This document shows, one piece after another, positions 1 through 13,296 of a DNA stretch of 64,000 bases; positions within the stretch are counted from its first letter, which is position 1, and each line of letters begins with the position of its first letter. A program made the translations under genes and the position numbers. The DNA comes from the human T2T-CHM13v2.0 reference genome, Homo sapiens: assembly GCF_009914755.1 (NCBI RefSeq), contig NC_060928.1. The stretch is one strand, 5' to 3'. The notes below the pieces were generated by a model, which saw only the letters and a list, made by a program, of their open reading frames with translations, did no database searches and was not told the DNA's origin.

Positions 1-139
1 ACTCTGAGTTTGAACCCGCAGCTCAAGATTTTATTTTCTCTAGTTGTATAAGATAAAGGAGGAACAAAGTCAGATGTGTTGGGAGAAGCAGGAGAAAAAA
101 GATACTAAATCTCGGCAAGGACTTAGTTTTGCATATTAC

Positions 140-297
140 ATAGGCAACCTCATTTAATTCTCACCACAATCCTATAAATAAGAATTATTCTTCACCATTT
201 CCAAGATGAGAAAACGGAGGTCCATGCTATACTAAGAAACTTGCCTGCAGTCTAGAGCCAGTAAACATTAAAGGCAGAATTTGAATCCAGGTCTTTA
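140..297 (-). mobile_element. MIR SINE fragment
   Basis: catttaattctcaccacaatcct...ccatttccaagatgagaaaacggagg...gaatttgaatccaggtct matches the reverse complement of the MIR core. Confidence 0.7.
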
Positions 298-899
298 CCA
301 CAAAATATGCTCTGTCCTCTACATCGCAGAATTAGTTTTACCTCCTCTCCTCCTTCACCCCCAGGAACAGATCATACAAGGAAACAGATAAGAAAGATGA
401 AGGATATGAAAATGATAGCATGTTTCAAAAGTAAATATTTATATCAGGCATCTATCAGGTGCAAAGCAGAACCCTCAGAGGTTTGGAGAAGAGAAAGGGA
501 AGTTTACATCATGGAGGGAAAGAAAGCTGTTTATACAGCATTGGGCACTGTAGCAGATATGCTCTTGACAAAGTGAATACAACACACAGGGGGGATATTC
601 AGAACAGAGGAGACCAGTAAGCATCTGCAGGCTGTCTGCTGGTTATACCACATCTGCCAGGTTTGGTGTAGTTTTAGTCACTAGGGCACGTGTGCTGTGG
701 AATCCACAAGAAGAGCATGAGGATATTCATGCTCAGGAGGTCATGGTTAAATCTTCAAACAGCTAAACAGCTATCTTTTGTAAACAAGAAACTTGAAAAT
801 GTTCTGTGCAACTCTAAAAAACAAAACTGGAACTAAAGAAGGAATGCTACAGGGAGGTCCATTTCTGCCTCCTATAGGACAGAATTCTGACAGTTCATT

Positions 900-1060
900 A
901 GAATGAATCACCTCTGGACATTGGCAGCTGTCATTGTTGACATGATTATGCAGCTTGGAAAGCCATTTATCAAGTATATGGTAAAAGAGATTCATGTATG
1001 GGGAATTAAGATTGGCCTGAAGACCTCTGAGATCCCACTCAGCTCTATAATTCTATGACT
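900..1060 (+). mobile_element. CR1/L3 LINE 3' end relic
   Basis: gattggcctgaagacctctgagatcccactcagctctataattctatgac resembles the L3/MIR3 3' terminus. Confidence 0.5.
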
Positions 1061-1102
1061 CAACTTGCATTTAATAGAGCTTTATCTCACTGCAGAGAAA
1101 TT

Positions 1103-1606
1103 TGTATTAATTTCCTATTGCCACCATAACAAATCACCACAAACTTAGTGGCTTAAAACAACAGAAATGTATTATCTTACAATTCTGTAGGTTAGAAGTC
1201 TGCTCAAAATTCTGCAGGTTAGGTCTCATTGGGCTAAAATCAAAGTGTTGGCAGGACTGCATTCATTTCTCAGGCTCTAGAGGAGAATCCATCCCTTGCG
1301 TTTTCCAGCTTCTTGACTCATGGCCCCCTTCCTCTATCTTCAAAGCCAGCAATGGTGGGTCGAGTCCTTCTCACCTCACATTATTCTGCCCTCCTCTCTC
1401 CTTTTCTTCCACTTTTACGGACCCTTGTGATTACAGTGGACCCATTCAGACTATCTAGGACAGTCTCTCTAAGTTAAAGTCAACTATTTGGCAATCGGAA
1501 TTCCATCTGCAACCTTAATTCCCCTTTGCCATGCAACATAACATACTCACAGTTTCCAGGAATCAGATGTGGATACCTTTGGGAGGGAACTTCATTCTGC
1601 CTACCA
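1103..1606 (-). mobile_element. MaLR LTR, MLT1C/D-like solo LTR
   Basis: Begins tgtattaatttcctattgc...aaacttagtggcttaaaacaac and ends attctgcctacca, the typical MLT1 reverse-strand termini. Confidence 0.85.
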
Positions 1607-2489
1607 AAATGAGGTTCTGAAAAATGCCACTAGAACATTCTCCACTTCAGGAGGTCATGAGAGTTAATAACACAGGCTGTGACGCTGCCTTTCCTAAAGT
1701 TCACAGGGTATGGGATAAGGAATTGGCAAGAGTACACCAGGCCTCCATGGGTTATGTGGAACTCAGCTTCTACCTAACACAAACCAACTAAATAATATAG
1801 TAGAAAATATTTTTCTGTTGGGTAAGTTTTACCTCTTATCATAGATGCCAAATGACCTAACTGAACATTGACTCCTAAACATATATTGAGACCAAAGGCT
1901 TTAGGTAGCTAAGCAAATGAATCAACTAAAATTATCTAACAAATTATCTAACCAAGGTACCAGGCTAGTAAGAAAGGAAAAATTCGAAACACTAAAAAGC
2001 AGCTCTTCTGTCTTTTCTTTCACAACCAGAGGTCACCACCATATACTGGAAACTAGACGCAACTTTGATGCACCACTCTCACCCATAGCAGACACTCCTA
2101 CTCCTTCACTCTTCCCATAGCCTGTGACAGCCTTCAGGAGTCTTCTTCAGTCTATGCCCCAGGTAGGCACTAGAAATTATCAGAGTTGGCACATGAGAAA
2201 AAAACCTATTTGCCGTCTCCTCAGGAAAGACTCTGTGTTCCGTGGGTTGGGATTTAAGACTGATGATTTAGTAATTATTGTGTACAAGACAATGAACTAG
2301 AAATGTGCCTTCAGAAACAAAATGTACACTTATAATTTCAGCTGCCTAAGGATTACAGTCTAATAGCTCTTACTGCTATTTTGTTTCTTGTTAATACAAT
2401 TCCCTATCTTATACCATACTTTGTATTTATCTAAAGTTTTATCCTTATACTACCCTGGGATCTCTTGTCATTTGAATCACAATGGAATT

Positions 2490-3015
2490 CCTAGTTGAAG
2501 CAGAAAAAGGAATTAATTTGCTACCATCCTCAAAAATCCAGGCATAGATTTGGCTTTGGCCCTTCCCAGGGTCTCAGATGATGCTACTGGACCAGCACTG
2601 CCCTCATCCCCACTAACCCCTCTGCCTTCCTCTGATGGCTTCATTCTCCTACAGGCTATTGCCCGTGGAGATGAGATGGCTCCAAGAAGCTCCAGGCTTA
2701 CCTCTCATCTCATCAGTAGGAAGGAAAATGCTCTTTCTCTGTATCCCTCTACAAAGAACCTGAACAGAATTTACTTTTAGTGACTTTTCATTGTCCTAGC
2801 TGGGGTCATGTGCTCATCTGCAAACCAATGACTATGACAAGAGAAATGCAAGCCTCTAATTAGCCAGCCCTCAGTCAACTGTTCACTCCTGGAGCAGGGA
2901 TTACATTCAGTGTCATTTGAACCACATGAAACAAAACAAAGAAAGAAATGGATCCCCCAGGGAAAATTGGTATACTGTTACCAAAGGGAAAACAGATACT
3001 GGGTAGACAGAAACA
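2490..3015 (-). mobile_element. old MaLR LTR (MLT1J/K-like)
   Basis: gatggctccaagaagctccaggcttac, gctggggtcatgtgctcatctgcaaaccaatgact and cccccagggaaaattgg motifs. Confidence 0.6.
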
Positions 3016-3354
3016 TTAAACAATTACTATACTTAGGTGACAATTTGAGTCAGAATATTAGCTGCTCTCTGGTCCAGTATTAGCTAACAGCAAGACAGAG
3101 AAGAGAGCATCATAATTTGAACAGGAATAGGGATTGGGGAGACTACAAAGCCTGGAGTACAGCCCAAGGAAGTGGGACATAAATGGGACACCACAGTACA
3201 AGGACCATGGGCAATTTGCATGATATCTTGGGAAGAAAGTCCGGAAGATATTCAACAGCCACTGAAAACGGAGGACTCACCAAATTTACAAGCCTCATTT
3301 ATTTTGCCTAACCCTGAAATAACTTCTAAGAAAATAAAAAATAAAGGAAGGCAA

Positions 3355-3530
3355 AAGGACTTGGGATCAGGCAACCCAACTTTTAGCCCCACCACTTACC
3401 AGTGAATGGTGTTGTCTTGGGCATGTCACTTATCATCTCAAAGCCACAGTTTGTTCTTCTATGAAATGAAACTTATGGTTAATTTCTAACTCACAAAGAA
3501 TTAAATGTTGTCATATGTGTAAGAATCATT
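3355..3530 (+). mobile_element. MIR fragment
   Basis: ccacttacc...gtcttgggcatgtcacttatcatctcaaagccacagtttgttcttctatgaaatg. Confidence 0.6.
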
Positions 3531-3559
3531 TCTAAATGTGCTGCAACAAACCCTTCTAT

Positions 3560-4835
3560 TCATATGCCTGTTGCAATGAGGCTTGGTGGATCCTCTCACC
3601 TACTTACCCTCCTTTTGAATCTGATTCTGAGTTGGCTCTGTGAGTTGCTTTGTCCAAAAGAATGAGGTAGAAGTGACAAGTGCCTTCTAAGGTTAGCCTA
3701 TAAGAGCCCATGCAGCTTCCAGTTTTGCATTTTTGGAAAACTCCTTCTTAGAAGCCCATCACCACTCCATGAAGAAGCTAAAGCTAGAATATAGAATAAG
3801 GAGAAGGCACATACAGAGAGACTCTGGAAAATGAGAAGACATCTCTTTTATATATATATGCTTTAAGTTCTAGGGCACATGTGCACAATGTGCAGGTTTC
3901 TTATATAGGTATACATGTGCCATGGTGGTTTGCTGCACCCATCAACTCATCATTTACATTAGGTATTTCTCCTAACCCTATCCCTCCCCCAGCCCTCCAC
4001 CCCCCAACAGGCTCTGGCATGTGATGTTCCCCTCCCTGTGTCCATGTCTTATTGTTCAACTCCCACTTATGAGTGAGAACATGCAGTGTTTGGTTTTCTG
4101 TCCTTGTGATATTTTGCTGAGAATGATGGTTTCCAGCTTCATCCATGTCCCTGCAAAGGACATGAACTCATCCTTTTCTATGGCTGCATAGTATTCCATA
4201 GTGTATATGTGCCACATTTTCTTTATCCTGTCTATCATTGATGGACATTTGCATTGGTTCCAAGTCTTTGCTATTACGAATAGTGTCACAATAAACATGA
4301 GTGTGCATGTGTCTTTATAGCAGCATGATTTATAATCCTTTGGGTATATACCCAGCAATGAGATGGCTGGGTCAAATGGTATTTCTGGTTCTAGATCCTT
4401 GAGGAATCACCACACTGTCTTCCACAATGGTTAAACTAATTTACACTCCCACCAACAGTGTAAAAGCATTCCTATTTCTCCATATCCTCTCCAGCATCTA
4501 TTGTTTCCTGACTTTTTAATGATCGCCATTCTAACTGGCGTGAGATGGTATCTCACTGTGGTTTTGATTTGCATTTCTCTGATGACCAGTGATGATGAGC
4601 ATTTTTTCATATGTCTGTTGGCTGCATAAATGTGAGAAGACATCTTGAATATGCCAATCCTAGTTGAGCTCTCAGCTAAATGTAGCTGCACAAGTGTTCT
4701 CAGCTGCATCACATCATGGAGCAAAAGAACAGCCCAGCTGACCCTGGTTAACCCACAGAATCATGAGAAATAATAAAGCATTGTTTTAATACACCAAATT
4801 TTAGGAAGGTTTACAACACAGAACTGGTGTCTGAG
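3560..4835 (+). mobile_element. MLT1G/H-like LTR split by an L1PA insertion
   Basis: MLT1 motifs at 3620-3840 resume at 4646-4830 (cagcccagctgacc...cacagaatcatgagaaataataaa). Confidence 0.7.
3845..4632 (-). mobile_element. 5'-truncated L1PA (L1PA6/7-like) 3' end
   Basis: ORF2 C-terminal peptides ([19 protein letters not shown]) and L1 3' UTR; 13-bp TSD TGAGAAGACATCT at 3832-3844 and 4633-4645. Confidence 0.95.
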
Positions 4836-4882
4836 ACAATGAGTATACATAGAGTTTCTATGGTTCTTGTCATCTTTTTTCT

Positions 4883-5075
4883 GCAGTTTTCTCAAAAGGA
4901 ATGTTATTACACTTTAGGAAGAACAATTCCTCATTTGTGAGAAAGCCTCATGTTTTACAGTACACTCAGCATCACTGGTCTTGCCTGCTATATTCCAGTA
5001 GTGCTCTGCAGTCACTGAAAGAATCAAAGACATCACCTCCACAGGCCTAAAATTCCCTGTTGTTAGCGAAACCCA
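4883..5075 (-). mobile_element. MER20-like hAT DNA transposon relic
   Basis: cagttttctcaa...cagcatcactggtc...ccagtagtgc resembles reverse MER20. Confidence 0.45.
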
Positions 5076-5852
5076 AACAGAGCAATTACTTCTGGGAAGG
5101 TGAGTACTTCAGAGGTTAGATTCACTAATTATAAGGCAGGAATTACATTCTATCTGTATGTCCTGATTATTATGATTTGAAATACCTCTTTCCCTGGAAC
5201 TTCATGCTGCCTTCAAAGAAGTGGGCTGTATTAGGCCATACCTAAAGTGAGTTTACAATGTCCATAAAATTATATCATGCTATTTGATAGTAAGCAATGC
5301 AACCAGATGTGATAAATATGGGTGGATTTGATCTTGAAAGGTCTCCAGAGAAAACTATCATCTACCACTAAGTTCAATTTATGTCAAAAACGTTAACATT
5401 CATCCTCTAATTTGCCTCATTTATTTAGTGCTTTTGGAATCTGGAGAAAATAAATAAATGAACATTATTGTTGGCTGCATGATCATCTTTGTCCTTTCCC
5501 TTGGTGGATCCTTGTAATGGAAGCGCCTGCATTTAACAGATCGACAACAAAAGACAGGGTATTATGAAATGAAACTTCTCTAAGATAAATATTACTTTCC
5601 AGGAAGCAGAGGACTTGAGAAGTGACCTGCTAAAAGAGAGTTGTCATTAATCATAAAGATCTCTGTTCTTTGTAAACACCAGGAAGGACTACAACCTTAT
5701 CTGTTAATTTCACCACAGTGGGATTTCAAAGTTTATGTTTTTGTTTTTGTTTTTTTTTTTTTTTTCCTGGAGAGTTTCACATTTCCAAGGTCAACTTCAA
5801 GGGCAAGCTTTTATTCAGTCAGTCTGAAGCATCAGCACTCCCATTTTAATAA

Positions 5853-6179
<327 letters not shown>

Positions 6180-7119
6180 TCTAACCCATTCTTTTACCCA
6201 CACCCACTCCCTCTTTCTTATTTCTACCAGTTTGCAAACTCAGGTTCCTGCTGAATTATTAGTTAAAATGGGAATGTGAATTTATTTGAGCATGTCTCTG
6301 TCAGTTTGGCTCTGAGCAAAAGGTGCTAGTTTTCTGGACTGGCACACAGTATCCAAAGATGACATTGGGTGCTAAATTAGAATTTTGAACTAAGCTTCCA
6401 AAAATAACAAAATTATACTGTAAGTCCTTACATTTTCCTTATTCCAGATTGTACAGATTCCCTAGTGATCTTAGGGAAGTTAAAGAAAGAAGCAATTAGA
6501 TTATTAGAAAAAATATAAAGTATTATACAAGAATATAATGGCATCTGTCTTTCTGACAGAACTATTTTTACATGGTACTACATATACAGGTTGTACAAGT
6601 GAAAGAAGCAACAGGTAGGAGTCCTCAATTTTGAAAACTAAATGCTATTTTAAGGAAAAAGAGAGAAAGAGGGAGGAGAAAAACTAAATACCCAATCTGC
6701 TAAAATTTAATCTTAAAATATATTCCTTAGAAAAGTACATTTGTTAGAATTCAAGTAGGTGACAATATGTTACTTTTTATCTTGGTCTGGTTTAGAAAAA
6801 TCCTCTCCTTCATAAATAAATAGTACGTTTATACTGCTAGTATATTTTAATAGTTAACATTTGAAGTGCATATAACATTTATTTTAATAAAATTTGGTAT
6901 TTTGGAAACAAGAAAAGAAAAACGTTCTTCACTATGTGATAGCCTATACTTCAAATAAAGTATCTACAGTGGTATTTCCTTCTTCAAAGAAATAAACTTT
7001 TCTGTCCACTGTATAATCTAAGGAACATTACAGCAAATGTGCAGCTTAAACTGATAAAATATATGTCTCTTAACCTGCCAAAAGTTGGGAAAAAAGTAAA
7101 CTTAAATTAACAAATCACG

Positions 7120-7230
7120 GTTCTTAGATTCGCCCATGTCTCCATAGCTGTCAAGTGATGGAGAGAGACTAAAGTCCAAGTCTATCTTAATCCGAAGCCC
7201 AAGTTCTCTCCACGCTACCACACTGTCTCT
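7120..7230 (-). mobile_element. MIR fragment
   Basis: gcccatgtctccatagct...aagcccaagttctctccacgctaccacactg. Confidence 0.55.
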
Positions 7231-7589
7231 TCATTTTTTCTTTATGAGTTTTCATGTGAGTCATGCATATGTCTCAAATAAATAAATGTTCTTATCTGGG
7301 CTGAATCCCCATGAGATTGTTGTTTTATTTTTAGGAATGTGCTAATGTCCTTAGCGTCAACCAAGCTCATTTCTGTTTATCTTGGTCATAAAATATGCCT
7401 CAATTTGTAATAAAATACCAAGAGAGGGGAAAAGAAAAGACCACCAGAGAAACTGAGAGAAATTTGAAGCAAACAGGAAAAAAAAAAGCAAAAAGTAAGA
7501 GAAGCATGATGCAAAAGAGATTTTCAAAAAGAAGAAAAAGAAGAAGAGATAAACTGAAAAAATCTTGAAAATAAAAAATACAAAGAAGA

Positions 7590-8720
7590 TCTGGGGACTT
7601 CATCCTAGTGGTGGCAGACTGGGTAATTTGTGCCAACTCTCTTGCTGAAGGAAATGAAAATATCTGGGCAAACTATAAAAATCATTTTCTTTGAAGTATC
7701 ATAAAGCTAAAAAGAGAGTGTGGAGTTACTGGGCCAAGATCTACAAAAAAATAGAAATCTAAAAATGTGATTCTGGCAACTTACCACAGGCATGTGGGCC
7801 TATCTTGAAGAGGCAGCCAATAGACTGAGCCATGCTTCGAATATCTTCACAGGGACAGGGAGACAAAATATGCAGTATCTCTGATAGGGAAACTTATAAA
7901 ATTTCATTAAAAGACATTAGAAGAGACCTAAGTAAATGGAGCGATATACTATGCTCATGGATTAAAAGACTCACTATTGTATTGATGCCCCAAGAAACAA
8001 ATAAGCCAATGGGACAGAGTAGAAAGACTAGATGCAGGTTGATTGATAAATGAGCACTTGGTATATTTTAGATATGATACTCATAAGAATAAGGAGAAGA
8101 TAGTTGTGATAATTGGATATTCCTGTGAGGAAAAAATAAAACTTGACTTCCAACCTCACTCTCTATCACTGCCCACACTGCTTCCCCATACTACCCCCAT
8201 ATACACACTAGAAAAACTCTTTCATTTATACATTAAGGATGCATGACATAAGAATGTTCATATGCTATGTATAATAGTACAGTTTAAAAAATTGAAACAA
8301 CACATTTATAATGAGTAGAGTGAATCAGTAAACTGTGGAATGTTTATACAATAAAATACTATAGTGCAATAAGATTGAATGCTACAATATAGTTAAATCT
8401 GAGAAACATAATATTAAAAAATTCAGTTACAGAAAAACAAAAGTATGATTCTCTTTATACAAAATTGAAAACTAAAAATATATTGTCCAGCAATTCAAAC
8501 ACACTAGGTCATATGACTATAAAGAATGTAAAAGAACTGGTGAATATAAAGTACAGAAGAGACGATATCTCTAGGATAAAAGGATGGGACAAGGGAGGGA
8601 ATGCAAGAAAGGGACTTAATAATGGTGTGTTGTTCTTTTTCTTAAATTGGATGGTAGGTAATTGATGTTTCTTGTATTTTGATTACTTATGCCTTACATA
8701 TATTTCATGAGCATTCATTT
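7590..8720 (+). mobile_element. ancient L1M (L1MC/ME-like) fragments
   Basis: Peptide YKISLKDIRRDLSKWSDILCSWIKRL aligns to L1 ORF2 [25 protein letters not shown]; L1M 3' UTR motifs at 8240-8700. Confidence 0.75.
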
Positions 8721-10239
8721 GCATTTACTCAAGAGTTAATAGAAATGTCGCATTGGCCCATTGCTAAAGGGCCAAGCTTGAATTCAATCTTCATGAGGAG
8801 GTCAAAACCAAAGCTAAAGGTCACCATCACGTAACAAATTTTTTGAGACTAGGAAAAATCTGAAATTTTCTCCACAAAATAAATTGAATCATCACTTCAA
8901 CTTGATTCCTTAAAATATTGCTTCTTAAATGCTTAAAGTTGACATCATAGTACAGAAATAGTAAGTTCTCAGCTCTGTTGATTATCAGATTGCCCTTATG
9001 GTTAGTGTACTACATATTTAAAAAGCCAAGTAGACCCTCAGTTTCAACTGAAGTTAGAAAAAGAGGAAGATTTTTTTTTTTGCCAACTCTAATCAGAATA
9101 GGCTATTGCTGGTAGTGATGTTGCCCTTCCACTCTAGTTAAACAACCGGATTAAAGTCTTGTCTCATTTCCACCTTCTGGAGTTAAATCTTTGGTCAACA
9201 GTGATTATACAATTTCACTGAAGCAACTTCACAAACAGAATCTCTGTGCATTGCTTGAAGATGATGCTTTTTTAACATTTTCAGGAGAATCAAATTTTTT
9301 TGCTCTCACTTATATTTTTATTTTTAATATTATGCATGAACTTACTACTTTAATTTACCCTTAAATCTTTGATTTTGAAACGTGGCAATAGAACATCATG
9401 ACTGAATTGCAAGATAAAAAAATAGTCTCTAAATTTCCATTTGCACCTTAGCTTTCATTGGATGCACAGCAATTTCAGCATCTTCCCTCGAGCAGAATAA
9501 GAAATGAATTTTTATAGCACGTATCATGCAAGAAATATTTGCACTTTCAAGCACATCAGTTAGGTTACTTCTTCAGCAGGTTCCAGCAAGTGAGCTATTT
9601 TGTCTGCAAAAAAAAAAAAGTGATTGTAAGTCCCGCTTTTTGGTATTGTTACGTGTTCAGGTAGACTTTTAAACACGTAGTAGCCACTTGTCCATCCTAT
9701 TTGCACATCTGTCTTGTATAGATATTTGACAGAGTTCTAAAACCTCTTAGATGTCATGTTTGTCACTGACTGAAGAATAATTAGTGGTCCATTACCTTAC
9801 AACTACTAATCTTATGATGGTGCTCCAGCTGTAATTCTTTTCTGAACACATAAGTGAAGGGTGTGAACATAGCATCATATCTTCTAGGTCTTCAATTCAT
9901 TCATACCCTTCACCATGTTTTTTTTTCCATAGTCAATAGCAATACATGATATTTTACTGATTTTCCTTTTAAGAATATTTCTTCAGTCAGATTTGCTATG
10001 TTGTTGGCTGTTTGAGGTCCAGGCATCTCTCAGCAAGCTAGTAAACCAGAAGCCGTCAGTTCAAGGACTCTAGAAAAGACACTGAAGTAGACATGTGGTG
10101 ACTTTGTCTTCCAAAATATGAAACCAAAGCCATAGTTTGAATGGCACATTTTAGCTGAATGTTGAGGCCAAAGCTAAACTTATGAACTTCAATAATTTTT
10201 GTATTTACAAAAATAAATAAACGGCTTAAAACTAAAGGG

Positions 10240-10560
10240 ATTCATGTATTTATTCAATAATATTTGTATTGAGTACTTGCTGCATGTTAGACATTATAGC
10301 AGTCACTGAGGATACAGTAATGAACAAAATAGATAAAAGTCTCTCCCTCATGGAGCTTACATTCTAGTTTAGAGGGGCAGGGAGGAACAAACAATAACAA
10401 TAAATCTACGAACTAATGTCAGAGGCTGCTAAATGCCATGTAGAAACACATCAAGAAAGAAGAATCAGAAATGGGTGGGGTGGAAGAGGGGAGTGTTATT
10501 TTCTAAAGGATGCTTAGGGAAAACCTCATTGATAAGGTGACATTTGAGGAGAGAGCTTAA
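10240..10560 (-). mobile_element. L2 LINE 3' end
   Basis: tattcaataatatttgtattgagtac...ccctcatggagcttacattctag...aaggtgacatttgag. Confidence 0.85.
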
Positions 10561-10599
10561 AACATATGTTTAAGTTTTCAAAATCAGTATTTTTAAAAA

Positions 10600-11810
10600 A
10601 TGGGCAAAAATATATCAGACTCAAAAATAAGGAACAGGGTTTCACAAAACTTCACAAATTTCACAGACAAAAACAGAATTCAAGATGTAAAAATAAAAAA
10701 AAAATGCTAACTTGAACACTCACTGGAAAGGGAATTTGTTAAACAAATTATGGTAAATCCATACAATTAAGTAATGTGTAGCCATTAAAAGATGACACAG
10801 GTATCCACATCATGTTACTGAATTTTAAAAGTAGATTACAGAATCTAATATGAAAAAAATAATTATTGCTATATGGGTTTTTTTAAGTCTGGAAGATTAT
10901 ACAACAAACCTTTAGTAATAGTATATCAGGGAAAGGGAATTCATAGGAGTAAAATAAAAAGATGTTGACTTCCACTCATGCACGTCTATATCACTTTAAA
11001 ATTTTACAACAAAAACTTACTATACTGCTGCCTGATTTTCAATAATTTCAGGACAAACTGAGTGATTTTATATTGATGAAGTATACAACTAAAATTAAGG
11101 ACATTATTTCCATGAACCATCTATGTATGAAGGAAAAACGTTTAATAAAGCAAGGTTACAGTGACACAAGTATAATAGCAGTAGAAGAATTTACTGACCA
11201 TTCTCAATTTTCAACAGATCAACTGCGCAAAAATAATCACAAAAGGGATCTGATTTCTGTCATTAGTAAGCCTAGTTTAAATGCTAGTAACTAACTTTCA
11301 ACTCTATGTAGAGAATAGAGCTTATTTTTCAACACAGTACACTACAAAGAAAGTCTTTATAAATTCTAAAAAACAAATCACATAAGCACCTTTTCTGGTT
11401 ATAATGCCAAAAACTGAAAGTTTTGAAATTGAAAGAAATAAAATTCAACCACTTAAAAATTAAAGTCCATTCTCCTTGGTAACTCTCAGGCAAGAGAGGA
11501 GAATAAACTCTTTCACAATATTTGATGCTAAAATATAATCACACTACTACATCCTAAAATGTCTGAATGCCATCAAAACTGTTATCTGAAGAAAATTTAT
11601 ACCACCAAAGTTTTGCATTGTTAAAAAAGGGCTTATAATAAATTAACTATTGAGCTGAAGAAGCAAAGAAGAAACAAAATTAATATTAAAAATAATAAAA
11701 AGAAATTCATACAATAAAAGTAGAAAATAATGATTACTAAAATAGAACAAAACAATAATTGCAAGAGCTACTTATTTCAAAAGACAAATAAGACAGAAAA
11801 TGAAACTATT
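10600..11810 (+). mobile_element. ancient L1M fragments (3' UTR piece plus degenerate ORF2 endonuclease region)
   Basis: aacaaattatggtaaatccatacaat motif; peptide DTSIIAVEEFTDHSQFSTDQ resembles L1 [21 protein letters not shown]. Confidence 0.6.
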
Positions 11811-11935
11811 TTTCAGTACTGCATTAGAAGATGATTAAACTGCTTCATTAAAAAGTGCCTTATGATTTCCAGAGAACTTTAGTATGAGCCTCGGCCGTGA
11901 CTCCCCTGACTCAAACCCACGATTGACTTAGATAC

Positions 11936-12298
11936 TGATATGGTTTGGCTGTGCCCCCATCCAAATATCATCTTGAATTGTAACTCCCATAGTTCCCACA
12001 TGTTGCGGGAGGGACTTGGTGGGAGATAATTGAATCATGGGGGCAGTTTCCCTCATACTGTTCTCATGGTAGTAAATAAGTCTCATGAGATCTGATGGTT
12101 TTATGAGAGGTCTCCCTTTGTGCTTGACTCTCATTCTCTCCTTGCCTTCCGCCATGTAAGATGTGCCTTTCGCCTTCTGCCATGATTGTGAGGCCTCCCC
12201 AGCCTCGTGGAACTGTGAGTCCTTTAAGCCTCTTTTTCTTCATAAATTACCTAGTCTTGGGTATGTCTTTATTAGCAGCATGAAAAAAGACTGATACA
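11936..12298 (+). mobile_element. THE1 (THE1B/C-like) solo LTR
   Basis: tgatatggtttggctgtg...ctgataca termini, 363 bp, perfect 5-bp TSD GATAC (11931-11935, 12299-12303). Confidence 0.95.
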
Positions 12299-13296
12299 GA
12301 TACAAACAAAAGTGGTAAACTGTACAATTTAACCTACCCATGGAAAGTTCTAGTCACTACTTTTAACCCTATGAGGTGGGCTCCCCCTTTCTGGTGCCTT
12401 AATCAGATGCCGTTTGTTTACAAATATTTTCATTTGCTAAAACTTAGTCCAGTGCAATTAAAAGCTTCAACTTTATATATAATTCAAGATTTTCCCTTCT
12501 AAAGCATGCTGGACTTGAGGCTCCTGGAGCTTGTAACACAGAAGGGATAAGCAAGCATCCCAATGCTAACCAAGGCTCATGGCTGGCATGACTCCCTGAT
12601 GGGGGACATCCAGTTCTGCCTGAAAATCTTTCCCAGCCCCACTCCTCACCTACCACCACCAGTGACCTACCCCACAGCCTTTGCTGCTGCAGTTCTGAAA
12701 GGTTCAGCTGATGACCCCTTGGGTGAGTAAAGTACCAGTAAATGGCTTAAGCACCCTAAGCGAGGTCCAGATGAGACACAGGTAACTCATCAGCCCTGTC
12801 ATGCTGACCCCTGCAAGTTCAGCCCATGCCCCATTCAGCCCTGCCATTTCTTTCCAATTCTCTTTTCCTCCATTCAGGTAGAAACATGGGCAGGTCATCA
12901 TCTCCACTGTCCCAGGTAATGTGCAAATGGAATAAAAAGCTAGGCCCCCACTCACTGGTAGATCCTGATCTTTAATAATGAGGATCTTATCACTGTCCCC
13001 ACTCCTGGGCTTCTGGTATAAGATGGTAAATCCCATCACAAGCATAGCACCCTCTGAAAGACCCAGTTCTCAGGTGACTCTCTCTCTCTAGTCTTCTTAT
13101 ACAGGCTGATGTGGGTAGGTGGGGGTGGTAGTTGGTGATAGCATGGCCAGTTAACTGATAATTTAGGAAACCCTGCTCAGTGGTGGCCTTTATAAAAGTG
13201 TTCTCTGCTTTGAGGTTTGGCCAAAATCCTTACCCAGAGAGAAAGTCCCCATATAACATTTTGTTCCATGTATGTAATAATTTCTCTATGAGTCTT

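Noticed and set aside
1930-1952. Short tandem micro-duplications (aattatctaac x2; also ~15731-15760, ~17761-17796, ~60112-60138)
   Set aside because: Common slippage products with no larger structure.
7400-7585. A/G-rich tract giving a hydrophobic ORF on the minus strand
   Set aside because: Low-complexity sequence artefact.
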